Below, piece after piece: positions 56,698 through 64,000 of a DNA stretch of 64,000 nucleotides (its first letter is position 1; every line of letters begins with the position of its first letter). This DNA is from an uncultured virus (IMG/VR IMGVR_UViG_3300037010_004438) (Duplodnaviria > Heunggongvirae > Uroviricota > Caudoviricetes): the IMG/VR virus record IMGVR_UViG_3300037010_004438. The stretch is one strand, 5' to 3'. The position numbers were made by a program, and so were the translations under genes. The notes under the pieces are model-generated. The model had not been told where the DNA came from, made no database searches, and saw only the letters and a program-made list of their open reading frames with translations.

Positions 56698-57095
56698 GCA
56701 CCATGGCCCGACGCATCGACGGACGGGAAATCTACCGAGCCCTTCAAGGGACGAAGTTCCGCGCCGAGGCGACCAAGGTCAAGGACAAGGTCCGCGACTC
56801 GCTCGTGCTCATCCTCGACGAGGGGCGCGAGCCGCTCTCGATCATGGGCAACATGCGCCGCAAAATCTTCGATGAAGCGGTTTCGACTCTCCTCCAGATG
56901 AAGACGAGCCCGACCTACTTCGCGGAGATGACCGGCGCGACCGGACCTCGCCCGCCGGACGTCACCGTCGCGAACCTGCAGGAGATGATCCGGATCGCTC
57001 CGCCTTCGGCCATCGACGAGACGGCCAACCGCATCGCCGACGACGTCCTCGAAGACGCGTTCCGTGAAGCGGAGACGATCACGGGAAAGCTCTGA
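56694..57095 (+). CDS. Hypothetical protein
   Basis: ATGA overlap. Confidence 0.6.
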   Translation: MSTMARRIDGREIYRALQGTKFRAEATKVKDKVRDSLVLILDEGREPLSIMGNMRRKIFDEAVSTLLQMKTSPTYFAEMTGATGPRPPDVTVANLQEMIRIAPPSAIDETANRIADDVLEDAFREAETITGKL

Positions 57096-57107
57096 GCAAC
57101 TGCGACG

Positions 57108-57142
57108 AAGAAGGGCGGCGCTCCGTCAGGAGGCCGCCCTTT
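57108..57142. terminator. Bidirectional terminator-like hairpin between convergent genes
   Basis: AAGGGCGGC..GCCGCCCTTT. Confidence 0.6.
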
Positions 57143-57161
57143 GCTCGTTCTCGCCGCCCGC

Positions 57162-58433
57162 TCACTTCTTGCGCGCGGCAGCCGTCTTCTTCGCCGCGAA
57201 CGTACTCTTCTTCGAGAGCTTCAGCGCCATCGGGCTCTTGCTGGTCGTCCCGTCCGCGCTCGTCAGCGTCGAGGCCATCGTGCTCGTTGCGAGCGGAGCC
57301 GTCTGCGACGTTCCGAACGCGCTGAGGACGCTCGACAGGGAAGGGATGCTGATCGGTCCGAGGATCGAGATCGGCGTCGTCGCGTTCGGCGCGGGCAGCG
57401 ACGCCCCGCTCCCGAGCGTACCCATCCCGCCGCCCGGCGCGACGGCCAGGACCGGTCCCGCGAAAACCTTCGAGACCATCTCCTTCAGCTCGTCGGGCGC
57501 CGCGAAAACCCTGAACCCGTAGCCGACCGCGTCCTCGCCCTTGTCGACCTCGGTGCGAGGCAGGAGACGGAACGCCGGAGGCGAGGTGTTCGTCGTCATG
57601 AGCAAGAAGAGTCCTTCGACCGCGTCCTTCGCGGGGATGAAGACCGGAGCGTGGCTGGAAGAGATTCCGCTTGCCCCCATGAGACTCTCGCCTTCCACGG
57701 GAACGTTCTGGTAATGGGCCGCCGCGGCCGGCGTCGTCGTGTTCAGACGGACGAGATCGTCGAGGTACGTCACGCCGTCGAGCTTGCCGCTCGTCATGGC
57801 GAAGGCGTCGTCCGAGAGCATCGTCATCGTCTGTCCGACTTTGCCCGTGAGGGGATGCGAAACGAGCTGCTGAAGAACCGAAGTCTTCAGCGACTCGTCG
57901 ACGCTCTTGAGCGGCGAGTCGGCCCCCGCGCCCTGCAGCGTGCTCCCCATCGCCGCCGACACGATGAGCGGCAGCTCGCCGGGCGCCGCGAAGACCCTCC
58001 ACCACTTCGCGATCTTGCCCGGCACGTCGAGGTCCTTCGCGAAGTCGAACACGAGCGAAGCCCCGACGCCCGTGATGTCGGGCACCTCGATCGCGAGGAT
58101 GGAGAGTCCCTGGCCGCCTTTCGCGATGGGCGCGTTCATCTTCGCGACCTCGGCGAGCGTGTGGCCTCCCGGCGGCGCAACGCCGGCGAAGCCCGTGCCG
58201 AGGACAAAGACGTCCTCGTAGGGGACCATCACCTTATCCGGCGTGAAGCTCTTCCCGATCGAGATTTTTTCGAGGTCGGAGTAGGGCGCCGGCAGGGGCG
58301 AGGACGGCTGCTTGTCGACGATGCCCGCGGTGCCGGAGCCCTGCGCCGCAGCCGCCGGCTTGCGCAGGAGCAGATACGCCACGCCCGCCGCGACCGCCGC
58401 GCCGCCGCCGATCATCAGGATCTTCTCGTCCAT
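57162..58433 (-). CDS. TM-anchored protein with duplicated RVFAAP.EL domain (distantly related to 33767/35587)
   Basis: MDEKILMIGGGAAVAAGVAYLLL; WWRVFAAPGEL / GFRVFAAPDEL. Confidence 0.75.
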   Translation of the reverse strand: MDEKILMIGGGAAVAAGVAYLLLRKPAAAAQGSGTAGIVDKQPSSPLPAPYSDLEKISIGKSFTPDKVMVPYEDVFVLGTGFAGVAPPGGHTLAEVAKMNAPIAKGGQGLSILAIEVPDITGVGASLVFDFAKDLDVPGKIAKWWRVFAAPGELPLIVSAAMGSTLQGAGADSPLKSVDESLKTSVLQQLVSHPLTGKVGQTMTMLSDDAFAMTSGKLDGVTYLDDLVRLNTTTPAAAAHYQNVPVEGESLMGASGISSSHAPVFIPAKDAVEGLFLLMTTNTSPPAFRLLPRTEVDKGEDAVGYGFRVFAAPDELKEMVSKVFAGPVLAVAPGGGMGTLGSGASLPAPNATTPISILGPISIPSLSSVLSAFGTSQTAPLATSTMASTLTSADGTTSKSPMALKLSKKSTFAAKKTAAARKK

Positions 58434-58506
58434 GGGACTCTTTCCTCTCAGATTTTTCACGCGAGGAGCCATCGCTTCGCAGACGGAAGCATCGTACCAT
58501 AGGGCG

Positions 58507-59094
58507 ATGGATCGGAAACTATGGGGCTTCGCTGCCGTCGGCGCGGCCGCCATCGCCCTACTTCTGGTAAGTCGCTCGAAGGCGGCGCTGCCGAGAGGCG
58601 CGAAGATCCTTCTGTTCGGAGACTCTCTCGCCGTAGGGCTGAAGGCTCCTCTTGCTGCCCGAGCCAAGGCTTCCGGGTACGGGTTTTTCGCGGAGGGAGT
58701 CGTCGGCAGTCGCGCCGACCAGTGGGAGGAGAAGATCAACTCGATCCTTCTCCGCGAACAGCCTTCCCTCATCCTCGTCTCTCTCGGCACCAACGACGCG
58801 GTCGCCTCCGGAGAAGAGCGCCTGTCCGCGATCCGGCGCCTGTCGCAGATCCTCAGCGCCTACGGAGCTACGCGCGTCTGGATCGCCCCGCCCTCTCTCC
58901 CGCCAAAGTTCGACGATGCCCCTGTCCGCACCGCCATCCTCGCGAGCAACGAGAACGTGATCGACGCGCGCGCGATGCGTTTCGAGAGGGCTTCGGACGG
59001 CATCCATGCAACGCCGAAGGGGTACGAGGACTGGGGCGGGCAGATCTGGGCGTCCCTCGTCCAGCAAGGGTTTCTGAAGGAGGGCGAGACGTGA
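58507..59094 (+). CDS. TM-anchored SGNH/GDSL esterase
   Basis: LFGDSL, SLGTND, DGIH..GY. Confidence 0.88.
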   Translation: MDRKLWGFAAVGAAAIALLLVSRSKAALPRGAKILLFGDSLAVGLKAPLAARAKASGYGFFAEGVVGSRADQWEEKINSILLREQPSLILVSLGTNDAVASGEERLSAIRRLSQILSAYGATRVWIAPPSLPPKFDDAPVRTAILASNENVIDARAMRFERASDGIHATPKGYEDWGGQIWASLVQQGFLKEGET

Positions 59095-59585
59095 GCCTCT
59101 CGACATTCCTTACTGAAGCCTCCGCGTCCGCGCGCGGGCGAAAGGCTTCTCCTCGTCCCCGGTTCGCCGAGCGTGCCGCCGTCGTCGGCGCCGTCTACAG
59201 CCGCGAAGTCGAACCAAAGAGTCGAGAACAGAAGCGCTCCATGCTGACCTTCGCCGCGCAGACGAGGAGCGAAGAACTACTCGAACTCGCGCGCCTCGCG
59301 AACGAGGATTATCTCCTCATCGCCGGCATTTTTGGCAACGCATCCGACCCCTCCGAGAGCGACCTTGCCCGGGTGCGCGAGGCGCGCGCGATGTTCCATG
59401 CGCTCTACGCGTTCGCGTGTTTTCTCGGCGGCTACCGAGGAGCCGGAATTCGGAGTCCGTACGCCCGAAGCGTTACGAAGGAAGCGGCGGCCCTCTCCCG
59501 CGCGATGGAATCGAACGTCATCGCCCTCAACGATCTCTTCACCGATCACGACCTCCCGCCGATTCCTCTCGGCGGCCGACCCTGA
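59091..59585 (+). CDS. Hypothetical helical protein
   Basis: GTGA overlap, AGGAGG RBS. Confidence 0.55.
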   Translation: MSLSTFLTEASASARGRKASPRPRFAERAAVVGAVYSREVEPKSREQKRSMLTFAAQTRSEELLELARLANEDYLLIAGIFGNASDPSESDLARVREARAMFHALYAFACFLGGYRGAGIRSPYARSVTKEAAALSRAMESNVIALNDLFTDHDLPPIPLGGRP

Positions 59586-59615
59586 AAACGCCCGAAAAAG
59601 AAACGAGCCTTTCCC

Positions 59616-60095
59616 ATGGAAATCAAAGCTTCCCACGTCGTTCTCGGAGCCCTCGGCCTCGGCGCCGCCTACCTCGTCTACCGCGAGGTGAGCAAGCCCG
59701 CCGCCGCGGCGGAACCGGCCCTCCCCGTGAAGTCGGCGGTCGACAGCAAGGTGACGACCGACCCGAAGACGGGCGCGAGCTACCCCGCGAACACGGGTCC
59801 CGCGTGGAACGATCCCATGATCCGCGTCGTCGCGAACAACGACCACTACAAGCCGCTCCGAACCAAGCACGGCCAGCGCGTCCAGATCCTCTCCCCCGCC
59901 GCCGACGGCAAGTGGGAGGGGACGGGCCCCGTCGCCGCCAGCCCGAACGAGTTTCGGCGCATGGACAACTCGCCCGACACCTTCGTCGCGACGAACGCGT
60001 ACGGCTTCTACTCGACCACCGTCGAGGGCTCGTACAAGGACGTGGACGGGAGCGTCAAGACGGCGTTCCTCGACATCAGCGTCTCCTCCTCTTGA
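59616..60095 (+). CDS. TM-anchored protein with beta-rich C-terminal domain
   Basis: N-terminal TM. Confidence 0.7.
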   Translation: MEIKASHVVLGALGLGAAYLVYREVSKPAAAAEPALPVKSAVDSKVTTDPKTGASYPANTGPAWNDPMIRVVANNDHYKPLRTKHGQRVQILSPAADGKWEGTGPVAASPNEFRRMDNSPDTFVATNAYGFYSTTVEGSYKDVDGSVKTAFLDISVSSS

Positions 60096-60139
60096 TCGCT
60101 CGCCCATCGAACGAAGTCGCCCATCGAACGGAGTCGCCC

Positions 60140-60634
60140 ATGAAGCCTGCGTACCTCGCGGCCGGCGCTATCGGCGCCGTCGCGATCCTTCTCTTCCTGA
60201 AAGATCGTTCGGACGCCAAGGCCGCCGTCGTCGCCCCGCCTTCGAACGATCCTCGCAATCCACCGTCGCCGCTGCCTTCGCCGACGCCGAACCTCCCGAA
60301 CCCGACCGCAATCCTCGAAGCCGGCAAGCGCTACAAGGCGTCGGACGCCGTCGACGTCATGCTCTCCGAGGCTGGTGGAGAGGTGGACGTCCTCGTCGGG
60401 CAGAGCCTTCGCGCAACGAAGATCCCCCAGGGCGACCTCTGGTCCGTGCCCGTCATGTCGTCCAACACCGGAGTGCTCGCGCCCTCGAATCCGGGCACGA
60501 CGAACGGGTTCGTCGTCGCGGGCCCGGGAACGGCCATCCTCACCGGCTACTACTACGATCAGGCCTCCAGCACGCCGCGCGCCGTGTCCGTCAAGGCCAA
60601 CGCGAGCTACGCCACCGGAGCGATCCCCTCATGA
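60140..60634 (+). CDS. TM-anchored Pro-rich protein with Ig-like C-terminal domain
   Basis: SSNTGVL..VVAGPGTAILT pattern. Confidence 0.65.
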   Translation: MKPAYLAAGAIGAVAILLFLKDRSDAKAAVVAPPSNDPRNPPSPLPSPTPNLPNPTAILEAGKRYKASDAVDVMLSEAGGEVDVLVGQSLRATKIPQGDLWSVPVMSSNTGVLAPSNPGTTNGFVVAGPGTAILTGYYYDQASSTPRAVSVKANASYATGAIPS

Positions 60635-61008
60635 TCAGCGTCAACCACATCCCGGGGTTCCACGAATTCTACCGAGCCTACGTGGAGGCGGCCCTGCGGA
60701 CGAGCACGACGGCGAAGGGCGTTCCGCTCTACCATATCTACTCGGCCCGCTCCTTCTCGAAGAAGGCGCTCGACGAGATGGCGCGCGACTGCGCGAAGTT
60801 CCTCTACGACAACGCGCGCTACGTCGGCGACAAGTACGTGCGCGCGGGGCACGACTTCTGGCTCACGCGCAACCGTTCGGGCGCGGGTTTCTGGGACGGA
60901 GACTGGCCCGAACCGGCCGCAACCCGCCTCACGGACGCCGCGCACGCTTTCGGGGAGCGCCTCATCCTCGACGATGACGGCGTCCTCGACATCTACCCCG
61001 GCCCGTGA
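60631..61008 (+). CDS. Phage-type hypothetical protein
   Basis: AGHDFWLTRN..GAGFWD motif; ATGA overlap. Confidence 0.7.
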   Translation: MISVNHIPGFHEFYRAYVEAALRTSTTAKGVPLYHIYSARSFSKKALDEMARDCAKFLYDNARYVGDKYVRAGHDFWLTRNRSGAGFWDGDWPEPAATRLTDAAHAFGERLILDDDGVLDIYPGP

Positions 61009-61022
61009 ACGAAGGCGTCTCC

Positions 61023-61445
61023 ATGCACCCCTTTCAAAGGCTCCTTCAGCGCTCCTGGTCGACGTACAAGAAGGAGGGATCGTGGCGGCGTCGCTCCGCT
61101 CCGAGCCCCTACAGATTCGAGCCGTTCGTCCTCAAGGGGTTCGTCGGCGAGAGCATCGTTCGCATCCGAGGCTCGAAGTCGAGCTACTCGACCCCTGCAG
61201 AAGACGGCCTCGACCCCGCCGCCTACACCCACTACGAGGTCGAGATCGACGAAACGCCCGCCGCTTTTCCTTCCATCGCCGAGTACGCTCGCGCGCTCTG
61301 GAGGTCGAAGTACGGAAAGGCTCCGCTCCTCTACGACCCAAAGAAGGTCGCGGTGCCGCTCAAGGCAGGACTCTACGGGTTCGTTCCCGCCGTCGACATC
61401 CAAAAGATGTTCGAGTGGTTCATAATCCAGAGGAAGTACCTCTGA
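61023..61445 (+). CDS. Hypothetical protein
   Basis: Coding bias. Confidence 0.55.
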   Translation: MHPFQRLLQRSWSTYKKEGSWRRRSAPSPYRFEPFVLKGFVGESIVRIRGSKSSYSTPAEDGLDPAAYTHYEVEIDETPAAFPSIAEYARALWRSKYGKAPLLYDPKKVAVPLKAGLYGFVPAVDIQKMFEWFIIQRKYL

Positions 61446-61479
61446 CTTCCCGAAAGTTCTCCGTGGTAGAATCGCCCTC

Positions 61480-61881
61480 ATGTCCTACGAGCCCGGTCCG
61501 CTCCCCTCCGCCGAAGCCATCGTCGACGGACTCCCCTGGCTGAACAAGACGCGCGCCTCGCGCACGATGACGCCCCTCGACATCGCCATCAAGGCGCGAA
61601 TCATCATGCGAGAAGCAAAGAGCAGCTCCGATGCCCTCGCCCAGCTCGACGCGCTGCTCGACACCTGCGGCGTCGAAGAGATCGCACAGTTCCCCGGCGC
61701 CGCGGACCCTGGCGTCCGCGTTCGCTACCTCAACGCCGGCGAGACGTACGCGCCCACAATCCTCCGTTTCCGCGGCAAGTTCCGCGTCGAATCGTACGGA
61801 GATCTCGTCGAGGCTCTCGAACGTCGCGGAATCAGGTTTCGGCGACTGAAGAGGCCTGCCCCGCCAAGGAGTTGCTCGTGA
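61480..61881 (+). CDS. Phage-type hypothetical protein
   Basis: GVE..YLNAGETYAPT motif; extended -10 TGGTAGAAT 7 nt upstream. Confidence 0.65.
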   Translation: MSYEPGPLPSAEAIVDGLPWLNKTRASRTMTPLDIAIKARIIMREAKSSSDALAQLDALLDTCGVEEIAQFPGAADPGVRVRYLNAGETYAPTILRFRGKFRVESYGDLVEALERRGIRFRRLKRPAPPRSCS

Positions 61882-62414
61882 AAAACGACGGCCAGCTCGC
61901 CCTGTTCGAGGCGTCGTCCGCCCCACCACCGCTCTCCGCCTCCGAAAGGGCGCGGCGAAGCGCGCGGTGCGGGTACCTGCGCCACCTTCTTTCCGACGTC
62001 CTCGATCGCGACCCGTCTTTCGCAATGCGCGTCGATCTCCTCTCCGGCGTTCGTGAGGACGGCGAACGTCGCGCGCAGCAGCGCGAACAAATTCTTCAGC
62101 TCGCGCCGGCTTTCATCGCCGCTTGCGAGATCAGCCGCCTCGCCTGGGACGACGTCCCAGACTTCCTCGACGAGGAGCTGTTCCCCGAAAAAAGGACCAT
62201 CAAGAAGATCGGAAGGCGCACCGATACCGGGGCGCGCCCTGATCTCTTCTCCATGCCCTATGAAGAATCGCTGTTCGCGCCCGTCGAAGTCGCAGCAGCC
62301 CCGCCACCGCCGAGATTTGCTATGCTCGATCTCCGAACGACGAAGGAAGAGCGCGACGACCTCGCGAAGAATCCTCCGAAGCGATCCGAACACGGCCGTA
62401 AACCTCACATGTGA
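61878..62414 (+). CDS. Hypothetical protein
   Basis: AAGGAG + GTG overlap. Confidence 0.55.
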   Translation: MKNDGQLALFEASSAPPPLSASERARRSARCGYLRHLLSDVLDRDPSFAMRVDLLSGVREDGERRAQQREQILQLAPAFIAACEISRLAWDDVPDFLDEELFPEKRTIKKIGRRTDTGARPDLFSMPYEESLFAPVEVAAAPPPPRFAMLDLRTTKEERDDLAKNPPKRSEHGRKPHM

Positions 62415-62582
62415 AGATTTCATGGACCGCGCAGCGCTCGACTTTCTCCATCCCGGATCCATCGTCCTACCCAAGTACCAGAGGTACTGGGGCCATGGCG
62501 ATGTGGGAGCGCGCGTCCCCGTCGCCGAGGCGAACTCGCTCATCCGCCGCCTGCACGAAATGCGCTGAACCGAAAGGACACC

Positions 62583-62804
62583 ATGCCCGCCCACGACGCC
62601 CTCGCTCGCCTGCGCCTCCAGCCCGCCTCCGCCTTCTCTGCCACCGTCGCGACTGGCGCGGAGCCGGGCGCGGAGGTTACCTGGGCGAGCAACCCTCTCA
62701 AGTTCATCACCACGCTCGGCGTCGGCATTGCCGTCGGTTACAGCATCGAGCACTTCGCCCACAAATGCGACGGCCCGAAGGAGTCCTCCTTCTCGCACGG
62801 ATGA
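62583..62804 (+). CDS. Small membrane protein
   Basis: AAGGA RBS; HDALARLR leader; one TM. Confidence 0.65.
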   Translation: MPAHDALARLRLQPASAFSATVATGAEPGAEVTWASNPLKFITTLGVGIAVGYSIEHFAHKCDGPKESSFSHG

Positions 62805-63020
62805 GCGCGCCTCAACGTTTCGGGCGCAGGAGCCCTTCACGCCGCAGAACCGTCCTCACCCGCGCGAACGCCGGATCGCCTCCCCACAGGTCCCGCGCGA
62901 TCCTTCCCGCCGACGGAAACTTCGCGCTGCGATGAAACCCGGCGCTTTCCGATCAACTGCGCGCCTTCGAAAGTAGCTGTACATACGTATCCGCGCGTCA
63001 CATCCACGGAGCATCATCTC

Positions 63021-63776
63021 ATGCCCTTCCACGACAAGTACCTCCCTCTCGGCAAGAGGGTCGCGCGTCACGACCCTCGCACCCTGCAGCTCGTGAAGTA
63101 CCTCACGTCGCTGCCCAAACCGCCGGACACGCTCGCGTGGTCGATGAAGACCGACAAGAAGTGGCCGATGTTCAAGAACGACGTCGTCGGCGACTGTACG
63201 TGCGCGGCCGCCGCGCACATGATCGAGGTCTGGACCGCGGCCGGGCAACTGAAGGAGGTCGAGGTTCGCGACGAGGACGTCCTCGCCCTCTACACCCTCG
63301 TCACCGGATACAATCCGAAGCGCCCCGAGACCGATCAGGGGGCCGTCGTCCTCGACGTGCTCAACAAGTGGCGCAAGGTCGGCCTCGCGGGGCACAAGAT
63401 CGGGGCGTTCACCACGATCTCTCCGATGAGCAAGACGATCACCAAGGACGCGATCTACCTCTTCGGGGGCGTCTACACGGGCTTCGAACTCCCCGAGTCG
63501 GCGCAGGATCAAGCCGTGTGGGACGTCCCCGCGGGAGGCCTGCGAGGCCCGGGCGAACCGGGGAGCTGGGGCGGCCACGCCATCCCGATCGTCGACTATG
63601 ACGACCGCACGCTCACCTGCATCACCTGGGGCGCCGCGAAGAAGATGACGTGGGCCTTCTACCGCGCCTACTGCGACGAGGCGTACGCCATCATCTCGCA
63701 GGACTTCCTCTCCGGGAACAAGGCGCCGAACGGCTTCGACCTCGCGACGCTCCAGACGGATCTCGCGCTCGTGTGA
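63021..63776 (+). CDS. Papain-like (C1-type) cysteine peptidase
   Basis: NDVVGDCTCAA (Cys), GGHAI (His), CITWG. Confidence 0.75.
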   Translation: MPFHDKYLPLGKRVARHDPRTLQLVKYLTSLPKPPDTLAWSMKTDKKWPMFKNDVVGDCTCAAAAHMIEVWTAAGQLKEVEVRDEDVLALYTLVTGYNPKRPETDQGAVVLDVLNKWRKVGLAGHKIGAFTTISPMSKTITKDAIYLFGGVYTGFELPESAQDQAVWDVPAGGLRGPGEPGSWGGHAIPIVDYDDRTLTCITWGAAKKMTWAFYRAYCDEAYAIISQDFLSGNKAPNGFDLATLQTDLALV

Positions 63777-63800
63777 ACCTCGCCCCGAGAAGAACATGAG

Positions 63801-63834
63801 CAAAGGGTCTCTGCCGAAAGGCAGAGGCCCTTTG
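63801..63834. terminator. Long hairpin terminator
   Basis: CAAAGGGTCTCTGCC-GAAA-GGCAGAGGCCCTTTG. Confidence 0.65.
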
Positions 63835-64000
63835 TCCATTCGCGCAGCCATTCACCCTTCGACAGCCTCATCTCTCCTTGTTTCTCGTGCAGAAAGTCTC
63901 CATCATAGAGATGACTTCCTGGAAGTTCGCGGCCCCAAGAGCGGGGAAGGGCCGAGATGAGGAGACGCTCCCATGAGCGCCTGGACGAACGCGAACGAGG

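Overview
High-GC window (roughly 68-70% by eye), densely packed with short, mostly + strand ORFs. It reads as the interior of a large bacterial virus genome. A Myxococcota-like host is my inference from GC content, codon style and the tmRNA tag only. The left half (1-30 kb) holds early/accessory hypotheticals, a dual-specificity phosphatase, two orphan adenine methyltransferases, a - strand tRNA array ending in a complete tmRNA, an AAA_21 ATPase with a truncated TOPRIM-like partner, a UvrD helicase, an ATP-dependent DNA ligase, a four-helix-bundle gene and two thioredoxins. The right half (30.5-64 kb) looks like a virion module: three tandem paralogous ~170-195 aa beta-rich proteins with a single-jelly-roll-like strand pattern, a transglutaminase-like Cys-His-Asp protein, about 20 single-pass membrane proteins, GH25/SLT/SGNH enzymes and a papain-like protease. 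I recognise no HK97 capsid, portal, terminase or tail genes, and also no packaging ATPase. Best hypothesis: an unusually large tailless, internal-membrane (Singelaviria-like) virus. Non-coding signals include a 15-bp palindrome (RRCTTYCNGRAAGTY) at 16 sites, four promoters sharing a TATCGCGATA operator, and a dispersed composite-hairpin family that flanks the four-helix-bundle gene and coincides with gene truncations. All family calls are motif recognition by eye; no database searches were run.
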